NCBI GenBank assembly: GCA_965250285.1
Contig: OZ252299.1
Span: forward strand, 5,056,001-5,120,000
Origin: Myxococcota bacterium
GTDB taxonomy: Bacteria; Myxococcota_A; UBA9160; UBA4427
Length of the DNA: 64,000 bases
Direction: 5' to 3'
Shown here: positions 40,165 to 50,836 of the stretch, piece after piece
Position numbering within the stretch: the stretch's first letter is position 1
Layout: every line of letters begins with the position of its first letter
Notes under the pieces: generated by a model
Seen by the model: only the letters and a program-made list of their open reading frames with translations
Told to the model about the DNA's origin: nothing
The model's database searches: none
Position numbers and translations under genes: made by a program

Positions 40165-40698
40165 CTAGAGGTTGAGCTCCAGACGGGCCGCTTCGGACAT
40201 CATGTCCATACTCCACGGCGGCTCCCAGACGAGCTCGAGCTGAACGTGACGCACGCCTGCGACGTCGCGCACCTTTGCTTCGACCTCGGGCGGCAGCGTC
40301 TCGGCCACGGGGCACATCGGCGTCGTCAGCGTCATCACGACCTGAACGTCGCCGGTCGGCTCGACTTCGACCTCGTAGATGAGGCCCAGCTCGTAGATGT
40401 CGACGGGGATCTCGGGGTCGTACACCGTCTTGAGCACCGCAATCACGGCGTCGCGCACGGCGGCGACGTCGACGGACTCACCCGGCATCGGCGGGCGTGC
40501 GGGCGCCGGGTCGGAAGCGGGCTCCGACGCCGCCGAGTCTGAGGGTGTGAGGGGCACCGCGGGTGCGGACGTGTGGGTCGTCTCGTCCGCCTCGGGTGCG
40601 GCTGCGTTCGCTTCGGACATCGCAGGGTTTCCTTCGGCGACCGTGGTGTCGGTGCCGGGCTCGTTGGTCTTGCGTCTGAATCGATCGAAGAAGGCCAC
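40165..40698 (-). CDS. sufT: SufT/PaaD-like DUF59 Fe-S assembly protein
   Basis: VYDPEIPVDIYELGLIY, TLTTPMCP, WEPPWS. Confidence 0.88.
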   Translation of the reverse strand: MAFFDRFRRKTNEPGTDTTVAEGNPAMSEANAAAPEADETTHTSAPAVPLTPSDSAASEPASDPAPARPPMPGESVDVAAVRDAVIAVLKTVYDPEIPVDIYELGLIYEVEVEPTGDVQVVMTLTTPMCPVAETLPPEVEAKVRDVAGVRHVQLELVWEPPWSMDMMSEAARLELNL

Positions 40699-40702
40699 GC
40701 TG

Positions 40703-41167
40703 CTACTCCGTCTTCGCGACGGTCTCGCCGCCCGTCGCCGCGGAGTGGAGCGTGTGCCAGCAGAGCGTCGCGCACTTCACGCGCATCGGAAACTCTCGGA
40801 CCCCCGAGAACACGGCGAGCTTGCCGAGACCCGGCGCGTCGACGTCCTGGTTCGGCGGCGCGGTCACGAGCTCGTGGAATCGCTCGAAGCCCTCCTCGAC
40901 CTCCTTGAGCGTTTTGCCCTTCACGAACTCGGTCATCAGCGATGCCGAGGCGGTCGAGATCGCGCACCCCGAGCCCGTGAAGCCCACGTCCACGACCTGA
41001 TCGCCCTCGACGACGAGCTCGACCGTCACCTCGTCGCCGCAGAGCGGGTTGTGCCCTTCGGCGGTCGCCGTGGGTTCATCGAGATGGCCGAAGTTCCTCG
41101 GGTTCTTGTTGTGATCGAGGATCATCGTCTGGTAGAGCTCGCGCAGCTCGTCGTCGACGCCGTCCAT
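40703..41167 (-). CDS. sufU: SufU Fe-S assembly protein
   Basis: LYQTMILDH, NPLCGD, GCAISTASAS, RVKCA. Confidence 0.93.
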   Translation of the reverse strand: MDGVDDELRELYQTMILDHNKNPRNFGHLDEPTATAEGHNPLCGDEVTVELVVEGDQVVDVGFTGSGCAISTASASLMTEFVKGKTLKEVEEGFERFHELVTAPPNQDVDAPGLGKLAVFSGVREFPMRVKCATLCWHTLHSAATGGETVAKTE

Positions 41168-42411
41168 CAGCCGAAGAGCTCCCGTGTCTTGTCGAGACCG
41201 ACGATCAGCTGATCGACGTCCTCGAACGTGTTGTAGAGGGAGAACGAGGCCCGCACCGTGGCCGGCACCCCGAAGCGCTTCATCAGCGGCTGGGTGCAGT
41301 GATGTCCCACGCGCACCGCGACGCCCTCCTGGTCGAGGATCGTGCCGACGTCGTGGGCGTGCACGCCGTCGAGGACGAACGAGATCACCGCCGCCTTGTC
41401 TTTGGTCGTGCCGAAGATCCGCACGCCGGGCATCGACTCGAGCGCCGCCGTCGCGCGCTCGAGCAGCTGGTGCTCCCACGCTGCGATCTGATCGAGCCCG
41501 ACGCCTTCGACCCAGTCGACGACGGCACCCAGCGCGATGGCCCCGGCGATGTCGGGCGTGCCGGCCTCGAACTTCTCGGGCACCGGCGCGTACGTCGTCT
41601 TCTCGAACGTCACCGTCTCGATCATGCCGCCGCCGCCCAGGAAGGGGGGCATCGCGTCGAGCAGCTCGCCGCGACCGTAGAGCACGCCGATGCCGGTGGG
41701 ACCGAAGAGCTTGTGCCCCGAGAATGCGTAGAAGTCGCAGCCGAGGGCTTCGACGTCGACCCGCATGTGCGGCACGGCCTGGGCGCCGTCGACCAGCACG
41801 CGGGCGCCGCGTGCCTTGGCCAGGGGGATCATCTCGTGCAGGGGCAGCACGGTGCCGAGGGTGTTCGAGACGTGGGCGACGGCGACGAGCTTCGTGCGGT
41901 CGTCGAGCGCCGAGGCGAAGCGCGCCACATCGATCGAGCCGTCTTCCTCGATCGGGACGACGACGAGCTCGATCCCCTTGCGATCGCGCAGCATCTGCCA
42001 GGGCACGATGTTCGCGTGATGCTCGAGCTCGGTGATGACGACGCGGTCGCCTGCTTCGAGGTTCTCTTCGGCCCAGGTGCGCGCGACGAGGTTGATCGCC
42101 TCGGTGGCGTTGCGCACGAAGATGCACTCGCGCGCTTCGTGGGCGCCGATCAGTGAGGCGACCTTGCCTCGCGCGTCCTCATAGCGGCGCGTCGCATCGG
42201 CCGAGAGCTGGTAGACGCCGCGATGGATGTTTGCGTAGCCCCGCGCGTAGACGTCTTCGATCGCGTCGATCACGGCCTGCGGCTTCTGCGCGCTCGCGGC
42301 CGAGTCGAGGAACGCAAGGCGTTTGCCGCGCACCTTCGTCTCGAGGATCGGGAACTGTGCCCGCACGGCGTCGACGTCGAAGGGGCCGTGAGCGAACTCT
42401 GAAGCGGTCAT
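41167..42411 (-). CDS. sufS: Cysteine desulfurase SufS
   Basis: LDSAASAQKP, EHHANIVPW, SGHK, RVGHHCTQP. Confidence 0.95.
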   Translation of the reverse strand: MTASEFAHGPFDVDAVRAQFPILETKVRGKRLAFLDSAASAQKPQAVIDAIEDVYARGYANIHRGVYQLSADATRRYEDARGKVASLIGAHEARECIFVRNATEAINLVARTWAEENLEAGDRVVITELEHHANIVPWQMLRDRKGIELVVVPIEEDGSIDVARFASALDDRTKLVAVAHVSNTLGTVLPLHEMIPLAKARGARVLVDGAQAVPHMRVDVEALGCDFYAFSGHKLFGPTGIGVLYGRGELLDAMPPFLGGGGMIETVTFEKTTYAPVPEKFEAGTPDIAGAIALGAVVDWVEGVGLDQIAAWEHQLLERATAALESMPGVRIFGTTKDKAAVISFVLDGVHAHDVGTILDQEGVAVRVGHHCTQPLMKRFGVPATVRASFSLYNTFEDVDQLIVGLDKTRELFG

Positions 42412-43757
42412 CGCTCGACCTCCGCGAGCGCGCCGTGCTCGGCATGCAGCTGCTCGACGAGCAGCCTGCCCGTCCACTCCTCGAGCTCGCGACCCGGCAG
42501 GCGCTCGGTGACCTCGGCCGCGAACCCCTCGGTCAAGAGCGCTCGGGCTTCGGGCTCCGAGAGGCCCCGAGCGCGCAGGAAGAAGAGCGCTTCGTCATCG
42601 AGGCGCCCCACCGTCGAGCCGTGGCTGCACTTCACGTCATCGGCCCGAATCTCGAGCTGCGGCTTCGTGTCGATCTCGGCCTGGTCGGTCACCAGCAGGT
42701 TCGGGTTCGACTGAGTGGCGTTGGTCTTCTGGGCACCGGGGCGCACGTCGACGCGCCCTCGAAACACACCGCGAGACCGGCCGCCGAGCACACCCTTGTA
42801 GAGCTCGTGGCTCTCGCAGTGCGGTGCCGCGTGCACGACCAGGGTCTGGTTCTCGAGATGCTGCTCACCGCCGCCGGTGAAGGCGCCGTCGAGCCGGGCC
42901 TCGGCGCCCGGCTCGGCGAGCTCGATCTCGAGCGCGTTTCGCACGAGGCGCCCGTCGAAGGTCAACACGTGGGAGTGGAAGAAGCTGTCGCGGGCCTGTC
43001 GTACGCGGGTGTTCGAGATGTGGAACCGCTCGCCGCCCTCGCGCTGCAAGAGCACGTGTTCGAGTCGCGCGTTCGCTTCGACCTCGATGCGGATGACCGC
43101 ATTGGTGAAGCCAGACGCCTGACCCAATCCGACGTGATCCTGGACCACGACGCACTGGCTGCCCTGCTCGGCCACGATCTCGACACGCGGGTAGCTCGCG
43201 CCGGCGGCCGCGCTCGCGACGAAGACGAGATGCAGCGGTGCGTCGACCCGGGCGTCGCGGGTGATCGTCACCAGCGCACCGTCTTCGACGAAGGCGGCGT
43301 TGAGGCACGTGAACGCGTCATCGACGTCTTCGGTATCGCCCGCCGAGAGCCAGCGCTCGAGCGCTTCATCGTCGCCGCGCACGTCGGCCAGCCGGGTGAC
43401 GCCGACGCCTTCGGGCAGCGACGCATCCGAGAGCGCCGCCTCGAAGCGACCGTCCACGAAGACCAGGCGAGGGCCGAAGGGCTGCTCGGGCAGGAACGCG
43501 GCGAGTTCGTCGCTCGAGACCTTCGAGTCGGGGGCCGCGACGCGAGAGAAGGCTTCGCCTTCGAGCGCGCGTAGGTTGGTGTAGCGCCAGTCTTCGTCCT
43601 TGCGCGTCGGAAAGCCGAGTGCGCCGAATCGCTCGATCGCTTCTCGGCGAAGCGCGCGCAGGCCATCGGCGTCGCGGCCGGCATCGCCCGTCGCGAAGGC
43701 GTCGAACTCGGCGAGATAGTGTGCCGTGATCGGCGGAGTGTCGGCGGCCGAACTCAT
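42408..43757 (-). CDS. sufD: Fe-S assembly protein SufD
   Basis: [30 protein letters not shown]. Confidence 0.93.
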   Translation of the reverse strand: MSSAADTPPITAHYLAEFDAFATGDAGRDADGLRALRREAIERFGALGFPTRKDEDWRYTNLRALEGEAFSRVAAPDSKVSSDELAAFLPEQPFGPRLVFVDGRFEAALSDASLPEGVGVTRLADVRGDDEALERWLSAGDTEDVDDAFTCLNAAFVEDGALVTITRDARVDAPLHLVFVASAAAGASYPRVEIVAEQGSQCVVVQDHVGLGQASGFTNAVIRIEVEANARLEHVLLQREGGERFHISNTRVRQARDSFFHSHVLTFDGRLVRNALEIELAEPGAEARLDGAFTGGGEQHLENQTLVVHAAPHCESHELYKGVLGGRSRGVFRGRVDVRPGAQKTNATQSNPNLLVTDQAEIDTKPQLEIRADDVKCSHGSTVGRLDDEALFFLRARGLSEPEARALLTEGFAAEVTERLPGRELEEWTGRLLVEQLHAEHGALAEVER

Positions 43758-44518
43758 GCGGGGGCTCCTGCGGCGGCCTCTTCCTCGACCCATCCGTAGC
43801 CGCGTTCTTCGAGCTCGAGGGCGAGATCCTTGCCGCCGGTCTTGACGATGCGGCCGTGCGCCAGCACGTGCACCTGGTCGGGCACGATGTAGTCGAGCAG
43901 GCGCTGGTAGTGCGTAATGACGAGCATCGAGCGGTCGGGCGATCGCAGCGAGTTGACGCCGTTCGCGACGATGCGCAGCGCATCGATGTCGAGCCCCGAG
44001 TCGGTTTCGTCGAGCACGCAGAGCTTGGGCTCGAGCAGCAGCATCTGGAGCACCTCGTTGCGCTTCTTCTCGCCGCCGCTGAAGCCCTCATTGATCGAGC
44101 GGCTCATCAGGTCGGACGGCATCTCGACGAGGCTCATCTTCTCCTTCGAGAGCTGCAGGAAGTCCATGGCGTCGAGCTCGGGCAGACCTCGATGGGCCCG
44201 CACCGCGTTCACGCTGGCCTTGAGGAAGTACCGGTTGTTCACGCCCGGGATCTCGACCGGGTACTGGAAGGCGAGGAAGATGCCTTCGCGTGCGCGCACC
44301 TCGGGCTCCATCTCGGTCAGGTCCTGGCCTTCGAAGGTCACCTTGCCTTCGGTGACTTCGTAGCCCGGACGGCCGGCGAGCACGTTCGAGAGCGTGCTCT
44401 TGCCCGAGCCGTTCGGGCCCATCACGGCGTGGATCTCGCCGGGCGCGATCTCGAGGTCGATGCCCTTCAGGATCTCGGTCCCGTCGGCGGTGGCGTGGAG
44501 GTTCTCGATCTTCAACAT
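43754..44518 (-). CDS. sufC: Fe-S assembly ATPase SufC
   Basis: [37 protein letters not shown]. Confidence 0.97.
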   Translation of the reverse strand: MLKIENLHATADGTEILKGIDLEIAPGEIHAVMGPNGSGKSTLSNVLAGRPGYEVTEGKVTFEGQDLTEMEPEVRAREGIFLAFQYPVEIPGVNNRYFLKASVNAVRAHRGLPELDAMDFLQLSKEKMSLVEMPSDLMSRSINEGFSGGEKKRNEVLQMLLLEPKLCVLDETDSGLDIDALRIVANGVNSLRSPDRSMLVITHYQRLLDYIVPDQVHVLAHGRIVKTGGKDLALELEERGYGWVEEEAAAGAPA

Positions 44519-44575
44519 GGTGAATCCGTTTCGCCCTGTGCGGGGTCGGGGGGGGTGGGGGGATGCGTCAGCGGG

Positions 44576-46039
44576 TCAACCGACGCTGCCTTCGAGACTG
44601 ACCGAAAGCAGATTCTGGGCCTCGACGGCGAACTCCATCGGCAGCTCGCGCAAGACCTCCTTGCAGAAGCCGTTCACGATCATCGAGACCGCATCCTCTT
44701 CGTCGATGCCGCGCTGGCGGCAATAGAACAGCTGGTCTTCGCCGATCTTCGAGGTCGTCGCTTCGTGCTCGACCGTGGCGCTGCTGTTCTCGACTTCGAG
44801 GTAGGGGAAGGTGTGCGCGCCGCACTCGTCGCCCAGCAGGAGCGAGTCGCACTGCGAGTAGTTGCGGGCGCCCTCGGCCTTCTTGCCGATGCGCACGAGG
44901 CCGCGATAGCTCTGCTCGCCCTGCCCCGCCGAGATGCCCTTCGAGATGATCGTGCTCTTCGTGTTCTTGCCGAGGTGGATCATCTTCGTACCGGTATCGG
45001 CCTGCTGCTTGTTGTTCGTCATCGCGACCGAATAGAACTCGCCCACCGAGTCGTCGCCCTGCAGGATGCAGCTCGGGTACTTCCAGGTGATCGCCGAGCC
45101 CGTCTCGACCTGGGTCCACGAGATCTTGCTGCGGTCGCCGCGGCAGGCTCCGCGCTTGGTCACGAAGTTGTAGATGCCACCCTTGCCGTCCTTGTCGCCC
45201 GGGTACCAGTTCTGGACGGTCGAGTACTTGATCTCGGCGTCGTCGAGGGCGACGAGTTCGACCACCGCGGCATGCAGCTGGTTCTCGTCGCGCATTGGCG
45301 CGGTGCAGCCTTCGAGGTAGCTGACGTAGCTCGCCTCTTCGGCGACGAGCAGGGTGCGTTCGAACTGGCCGGTGCCGGCCGAGTTGATCCGGAAGTACGT
45401 CGACAGCTCCATCGGGCAGCGCACGCCCTTGGGAATGAACGCGAAGCTGCCGTCACTGAAGACCGCGCTGTTCAGACATGCGAAGAAGTTGTCGCTGTAG
45501 GGGACGACCGAGCCGAGGTACTTCTTCACGAGCTCGGGGTGATCCTTCACTGCCTCGCTGAACGAGCAGAAGATGATGCCCTGCTTCTCGAGCTCGTCCT
45601 TGAACGTGGTGGCGACCGACACGCTGTCGAAGACCGCATCGACGGCGACCTTGACGCCCGAGAGCCGCTTCTGCTCGAGCAGCGGGATCCCGAGCTTGTC
45701 GTAGGTCGCGAGCAGCTCGGGGTCGACCTCGTCGAGGCTCTCGAGCTCTTTCTTCGGCTTCGGCGCCGAGTAGTAGATGATGTCCTGGTAGTCGATCTTG
45801 GGATAGTCGACCGCGGCCCAGGTCGGCTCGTTCTCGGTCTCGAGCATCTCGAGGAACCGGCGCAGCGCCTTCAGTCGGAAGTCGAGCAGCCACTCGGGCT
45901 CCTCCTTCTTCGCGCTGATCAGCCGAACGACGTCTTCGTTGAGCCCGGGCGGGGCCTGGTCGGCCTCGATGTCGGTCACGAAGCCGTACTTGTATTCCTG
46001 ATTCGCGAGCTGCTCGAGCTCGGCGTTCGACTCGGACAT
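44576..46039 (-). CDS. sufB: Fe-S assembly protein SufB
   Basis: [32 protein letters not shown]. Confidence 0.97.
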   Translation of the reverse strand: MSESNAELEQLANQEYKYGFVTDIEADQAPPGLNEDVVRLISAKKEEPEWLLDFRLKALRRFLEMLETENEPTWAAVDYPKIDYQDIIYYSAPKPKKELESLDEVDPELLATYDKLGIPLLEQKRLSGVKVAVDAVFDSVSVATTFKDELEKQGIIFCSFSEAVKDHPELVKKYLGSVVPYSDNFFACLNSAVFSDGSFAFIPKGVRCPMELSTYFRINSAGTGQFERTLLVAEEASYVSYLEGCTAPMRDENQLHAAVVELVALDDAEIKYSTVQNWYPGDKDGKGGIYNFVTKRGACRGDRSKISWTQVETGSAITWKYPSCILQGDDSVGEFYSVAMTNNKQQADTGTKMIHLGKNTKSTIISKGISAGQGEQSYRGLVRIGKKAEGARNYSQCDSLLLGDECGAHTFPYLEVENSSATVEHEATTSKIGEDQLFYCRQRGIDEEDAVSMIVNGFCKEVLRELPMEFAVEAQNLLSVSLEGSVG

Positions 46040-46575
46040 CAGTTCATCTCCTCACCCGCGCTCGGGGCGGGGTCGTCGGCGGTGGGGACGTGGGCGCTCG
46101 AGCCCGGGATCTGGATCAGCGCGAGCGGGGCGTGCTGGGCCGAGAAGGCCGGATTCACGAGATCGGCGAGGCTGACCTCGCTGAGGGCGTTCTCGACGAC
46201 GCGGTTGATGACCTGCCACGGCGAGCGCACCGCGCAGGTGCTCTCGTGATCGCAGGCGCCCGGATCGACGGCGCACTGGGTCAGGGCGACCGGACCGTCG
46301 AGCGCCGCCACGAGCTCGGCGACGCTCAGGTCCTCGGGTCGGCGCGTCAGGGTGAAGCCGCCCTTCGCGCCCCGGTGACTCTCGAGCACGCCGCCGCGCG
46401 CGAGCTGCTTGAGCACCTTGCTGACGACGGGCAGCGGCAGGTCGACCTGGCCGGCCAGTTCACGTGCGTTCTGCGGCGGCTGCGGCTCGGCGCTCTCTCC
46501 GCGCGCGCCGCGCGCGCTCGCGAGGTGGGCGAGCAGCACGATCCCGTAGTCGGTCATGCGGCTGAGTCGGAACAT
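46039..46575 (-). CDS. Rrf2-family (IscR-like) SUF regulator
   Basis: [13 protein letters not shown], three Cys (TQC..GAC..STC); first gene of suf operon. Confidence 0.9.
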   Translation of the reverse strand: MFRLSRMTDYGIVLLAHLASARGARGESAEPQPPQNARELAGQVDLPLPVVSKVLKQLARGGVLESHRGAKGGFTLTRRPEDLSVAELVAALDGPVALTQCAVDPGACDHESTCAVRSPWQVINRVVENALSEVSLADLVNPAFSAQHAPLALIQIPGSSAHVPTADDPAPSAGEEMN

Positions 46576-46760
46576 CGTTGCCTCGTGCGCTGCGCGTCTC
46601 GAGCGGTCACCGCCGGCGTCTCGGCGTGGCCGCTCGAGCGGTAATGGGTCCGTCTGGATCGCTCGACCAGAGGCCCGAGCCGGGCGCTCTCGATCGAAGG
46701 GGGCGTCGCCGAGACCCGGGTACCCGGCGTGGCGGGCCGGGGTCTCGTGCGGCGCAGACG

Positions 46761-46810
46761 ATATCGGACCAGATTACTCCTGTAAATATCGGACCATTGC
46801 TGTACGAATT
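46761..46810. promoter_or_regulatory. Two tandem 25-bp IscR-like boxes upstream of suf operon
   Basis: ATATCGGACCAGATTACTCCTGTAA and ATATCGGACCATTGCTGTACGAATT back to back. Confidence 0.6.
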
Positions 46811-46896
46811 ACTCAGATGCAGCAAGTCGCCGCGAGGGATCGCGATTCGCAGAATTTCCTGCGGGGAAATCGAGCGATCGGCGCCGCGTCCGACGC

Positions 46897-48198
46897 TCAG
46901 ACGACCTCGCCGACGCCGCTCCACCGCGCGAGGGGCAGCAGCACTGGCTCGCCGTCGTGGGGCCAGTCGAGCGGGGGGGCCTGCATCTGCCCGAGCGGGC
47001 AGACCCGCGTCGCGTCCAGCGCGGCGATCGCGCCGAGCGCGGGGTGGTCGCGTGCGTCGCCGTAGCCGGCGAAGCCCACGGTCGAGAGATGGCGGGCGAC
47101 CGGCTCGACCGCTTCGGCCCAGGCCTCGAGGTCGACGGCCGGATGCACGCGGACGAATCGCCCGAGCGGGGCGCCCCGGAGCCCGGCTTCGTCCTCGAGG
47201 ATCACGCTCCAGGCGGTGTCTTCGCTCGCCAGCACGCGCACCGAACGCCCGGCGGCCGCGCGCATCGCCGCCTCGTCGCGCTCCCCCCGGATGCGTGCGC
47301 CGACGTCGGGCGAGACCGGGCCGCGCGGCATGTCGATGGCCAGCGCCTGCAGCACCTCGGCGACCCCTTCCGCGAACCGCTCGGCCGCGTGTGCTTCGCC
47401 CCCGATCACGTGGACGCAGATGGGAGACAGGCAGCCGGACTGATCCCAGAGCGCCACGTCGAGCGCGAAGTCTGCGGCGGCCTCATCGAGGGCACCGTCC
47501 CGGCAGCCGTTCGCGTCGACCACGGCGAGCGACAAGCGGTGGCCGTAGCCGACGAGGCGGTTCGCGGCACCGACGCGCGCGGCGATGTCGCGCAGGGTCG
47601 CGTCCGAACCGCTCGCGACGATGCACGGCGCGTCGAGGAATGCGTCGAGCGTCGCCGTGTCGTCGCCGTCGAAGTCGATCACCTCGAGGCACGCGCCGAT
47701 CTCGGCGTCGACGTCCCGCAGACACTCCGCGACGAGCCGCGCGCTGATCCGGTCGCGCGACGCGGTCTTGGCCAGCACCGGTGAACGCACCAGCAGCGGC
47801 GTCAGGCAGCTGACCAGCGTCGGCATGGGGATGCTGCCCGCGAGCACGACGCTCGTCTGCGCGTGAGGCCGCAGCACGCGGCCCGCGCGCAAGGAGGGCC
47901 CGAGCTCGAGATCGACGAGCGCCCGGACGGCGTCGAGATCCCACCCGGCGAGCGCGAGCTCGAGCCCGGTGGCGATGGTCGGCGCCGTGAAGCCCGTCGC
48001 CTCGGGCAGGGCCTCGACGAGCCGGGCCCCCTCGTGATGCGCCGCGCTGCGAAATCGTTCGAGCACCTGCCCGACGATCCCGACCACGTCTTCGAGCGGG
48101 CGGGCGAGCAGCGCAGTGCGTGCTTCGGCGAGCCGGCCGGTCGCTTCGTGCACGCGGTCGACGCCCGCGTCGGGCCACTCGATCGTGAGATCACCCAT
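46897..48198 (-). CDS. LuxC-like acyl-thioester (acyl-CoA) reductase
   Basis: VLAGSIP, KTASRD, ASGSD, YGHRLS, WDQSGCLSP catalytic Cys, RVCPLGQMQAP..HDG. Confidence 0.85.
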   Translation of the reverse strand: MGDLTIEWPDAGVDRVHEATGRLAEARTALLARPLEDVVGIVGQVLERFRSAAHHEGARLVEALPEATGFTAPTIATGLELALAGWDLDAVRALVDLELGPSLRAGRVLRPHAQTSVVLAGSIPMPTLVSCLTPLLVRSPVLAKTASRDRISARLVAECLRDVDAEIGACLEVIDFDGDDTATLDAFLDAPCIVASGSDATLRDIAARVGAANRLVGYGHRLSLAVVDANGCRDGALDEAAADFALDVALWDQSGCLSPICVHVIGGEAHAAERFAEGVAEVLQALAIDMPRGPVSPDVGARIRGERDEAAMRAAAGRSVRVLASEDTAWSVILEDEAGLRGAPLGRFVRVHPAVDLEAWAEAVEPVARHLSTVGFAGYGDARDHPALGAIAALDATRVCPLGQMQAPPLDWPHDGEPVLLPLARWSGVGEVV

Positions 48199-48368
48199 GC
48201 GGGTTCGTCTCTGCAGCTCGTCGCATCGTGCGCTCAGCCATGCGAGTTCGTCCCTGCAGCTCGTCGCATCGTGCGCTCAGCCATGCGAGTTCGTCCCTGC
48301 AGCTCGTCGCATCGTGCGCTCACCCATGCGAGTTCGTCCCTGCAGCTCGTCGCATCGTGCGCTCACCC
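48191..48368. repeat. 4 x 43-bp tandem repeat filling the luxE-like/luxC-like junction
   Basis: Unit CATGCGAGTTCGTCCCTGCAGCTCGTCGCATCGTGCGCTCA(G/C)C starting at 48196, 48239, 48282, 48325. Confidence 0.95.
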
Positions 48369-49523
48369 AAGGCGGGGCGCCTCGCTCGGCGCGGCGTCGA
48401 GCATCAGGTCGGCGGCGATCGAGCAGCCCCGTGCTTCGGCGCCGGGCTCTCGGCCGAGCACCTCGAAGCCACGCCCGAAGCGCCCATCATCGGTCTCCGC
48501 ATCGATCCAGCGCCCGAGGTCGGCGGTCTGGATCGCCGCGACGCTGCCCGTATTGGCCAGATCGTGAATGACGACGAGCCCGGGGGCGTCGCCTTCGACG
48601 TCGCGGCCGGTCTCGGGGTCGACGAGGCGCACGCGCGCCCACGGTGGCCCGAGCTTGCGGCGGCGGCCGACGTCGTCGACCAGCACAGAGTCGTAGAACT
48701 GGCTGCCGAGCTCGGTCATGCCGTACTGGTTGACGATCTGCGTGGGGGCGATGCCGAACGTCTCGTGCAGTGCGGAGTAGAACGTGTCGCGTGAGATCTC
48801 GCGCGAGCGGCCCTTGAAGCCGCCGGTCTCCATGATGCGCGAGCCGGGTGCGCATGCGAATCGATGACCGCGTTCGGCGCACGCATCGAGCGCATGCACG
48901 AACCCGAAGGCGGTGCCGCAGAGGGCGACCGGCTTCTGCGCATCGCCCGCGCGAGCGAGGGCGGCGATCAACCCGTCGACGTCGAGCTCACCGTCCGTCA
49001 CGTCGAAGCCGCTGTGTGCGTCGCCGACGTCGTCGATCAGGCAGCCGAACATGTGAGAGAGCGACGAGTCGTCGAGCTCGTCTGGCGAGGGCGCGAGCAC
49101 GCGCAGCGTCATCCGCTCGCGCGGGTTGCGCCCCAGGTCGGGGAAGAGCAGCTGCGCGAGCGTCGGTGCGAGCGAGGCCTCGTAGAGCGCGAGCGTGTCG
49201 AGCAGCAGGGTGCCCCGGCGTGCGCCGGCCGCCGCGCTCGTTCCGCTCGTGCGAAACACGTGGCGCGTGGCGTCGCTCGGAAAGCAACGCAGCTCGAGCT
49301 CCTTGAACGCGCCCGTTGGCACCGCGGGCACGTCGCGCCACGATGTGACGCTGCCCGGCGTCGCGCCACGGGCCTCGCAGAAGCGGCCATACGGCGCGTT
49401 GGCTTCGTACTGAAACGCGAACAGGTCGAGCGACAGCGTCTCGAAGCGCGGATCGTCGGCTCGCCACTCGGGCTCGCTCATCCAGGTGAGCAGCTCGCGT
49501 TCGATCGCTTCGCGCGTGCTCAT
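48363..49523 (-). CDS. LuxE-like acyl-protein synthetase
   Basis: FAFQYE, FRTSGTS, METGGFKG, NQYGMTEL, DLAN, QTADLG, VLGR, C-terminal RGCS acyl-accepting Cys; ATGA overlap with aminotransferase. Confidence 0.88.
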   Translation of the reverse strand: MSTREAIERELLTWMSEPEWRADDPRFETLSLDLFAFQYEANAPYGRFCEARGATPGSVTSWRDVPAVPTGAFKELELRCFPSDATRHVFRTSGTSAAAGARRGTLLLDTLALYEASLAPTLAQLLFPDLGRNPRERMTLRVLAPSPDELDDSSLSHMFGCLIDDVGDAHSGFDVTDGELDVDGLIAALARAGDAQKPVALCGTAFGFVHALDACAERGHRFACAPGSRIMETGGFKGRSREISRDTFYSALHETFGIAPTQIVNQYGMTELGSQFYDSVLVDDVGRRRKLGPPWARVRLVDPETGRDVEGDAPGLVVIHDLANTGSVAAIQTADLGRWIDAETDDGRFGRGFEVLGREPGAEARGCSIAADLMLDAAPSEAPRLG

Positions 49524-50836
49524 GCCGATCCCTTCGAGGCGCTGCGAATGAGTCGCGCGAGCACGTCGACGGCGAAGTCGAGCGCCGGCTCGGTGATGCA
49601 GAGTGGGGGCGTGAGCGAGAGCACGCGCCCGCCCTCGCCCGAAGGCAGCAGGATCAAACCCTGCTCGAGGGCGCGCTGGCAGACGTCGAGGGCGAGCTCG
49701 GGCGCGCTGCATTCGATGCCGATCATCAATCCGCGTCCGCGCACCTCGTGCACGCCATCGTCGCCCGCGAGGCGCGCACCGAGCTGGGCGAGCGTCGCGG
49801 TGCCGACGCGGGCAGCGTGCTCGACGAGCCCCGACGCTTGGATCACTTGCATCGAGGCGAGCGCTGCTGCGCAGCTCGCCGGGTGGCCGAGGAACGTCTG
49901 CGTGTGCAGCGCTTCGCCGGTCGACGCGGGCCAGGCTTCCATGACGCGAGCGCGCCCGAGGCAGGCCGAGATCGGCATACCCGAGGCGAGGCCCTTGCCG
50001 ACGCAGAGCAGGTCGGGCACGACGCCCTCGTGATCGCAGCCAAACCACGTGCCGGTGCGACCGAAGCCGGTGTAGATCTCGTCGGCGATCAATAGCAGGC
50101 CGCGGTCGTCGCACATCGTGCGGAGCGTGCGAAGAAAGCCGTCCGGCGGGACGCGCTCGCCGCCGCGGCCCTGCACCGGCTCGACCAGCACGGCGCCGAT
50201 CTCGCGGTGCGCATCGAGCTTGATTCGGGCGTCTTCGGCGTCGCCGAAGCGGGCGAAGACCGTCTCATGTGGCAGGCGCGCGCGGAACGGCGCGCGAAAG
50301 TCGTCCCGGTGCGTCGCATCGAGTGCGCCGAGGGCGAGGCCGTGATAGCCGCCTTCGAATGCGAGTACGCCGACGCGACCGGTCGAGAGCGCGGCGGTCT
50401 TGAGCGCCGTTTCGACCGCGTCGCTCCCCGAGGACGACAGCACGCCGCGCGCCGACTCGCCGCCGGGATAGCGAGCGCACAGCGCTTCGAGCAGCTCGAC
50501 CTTGACGGCGGACGGATGGACGTCGCCCATGCCGTGCAGCAGCTCGGCCGACTGGCGCGTGATCGCTTCGACGACGGCCGGGTGGGCGTGCCCGACGTTC
50601 GAGACGCCGAACGCGCCGCCCAGGTCGAGGAAGCGGTTGCCGTCGACATCCCACACGTTCACGCCCGACGCGCGCTGCCAGAAGATCGGCGCCGGCGGAC
50701 CGAGATGCGTGACGTTGCGGCTCTCGACGGCAGCGAGCCGCTGCGCAAGCGCCTCTGAACGAGGGCCGGGAATGGCCGTCACGAGGTCGGGCAGCAGCGG
50801 TTCGGGCCACCGAGGGCTGGGGTCGGGGGTCGACAT
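49520..50836 (-). CDS. Class-III PLP aminotransferase (GabT/ArgD-like)
   Basis: WDVDGNRFLD, SGSDAVETALK, YHG, EPVQGRGG, ADEIYTGFGRTG, PDLLCVGKG, TFLGHP. Confidence 0.92.
   Translation of the reverse strand: MSTPDPSPRWPEPLLPDLVTAIPGPRSEALAQRLAAVESRNVTHLGPPAPIFWQRASGVNVWDVDGNRFLDLGGAFGVSNVGHAHPAVVEAITRQSAELLHGMGDVHPSAVKVELLEALCARYPGGESARGVLSSSGSDAVETALKTAALSTGRVGVLAFEGGYHGLALGALDATHRDDFRAPFRARLPHETVFARFGDAEDARIKLDAHREIGAVLVEPVQGRGGERVPPDGFLRTLRTMCDDRGLLLIADEIYTGFGRTGTWFGCDHEGVVPDLLCVGKGLASGMPISACLGRARVMEAWPASTGEALHTQTFLGHPASCAAALASMQVIQASGLVEHAARVGTATLAQLGARLAGDDGVHEVRGRGLMIGIECSAPELALDVCQRALEQGLILLPSGEGGRVLSLTPPLCITEPALDFAVDVLARLIRSASKGSA

Noticed and set aside
48191..48368. CRISPR array (also 53058-53193 and 13502-13770)
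   Set aside because: Units are contiguous with no unique spacers, and there are no cas genes in the window
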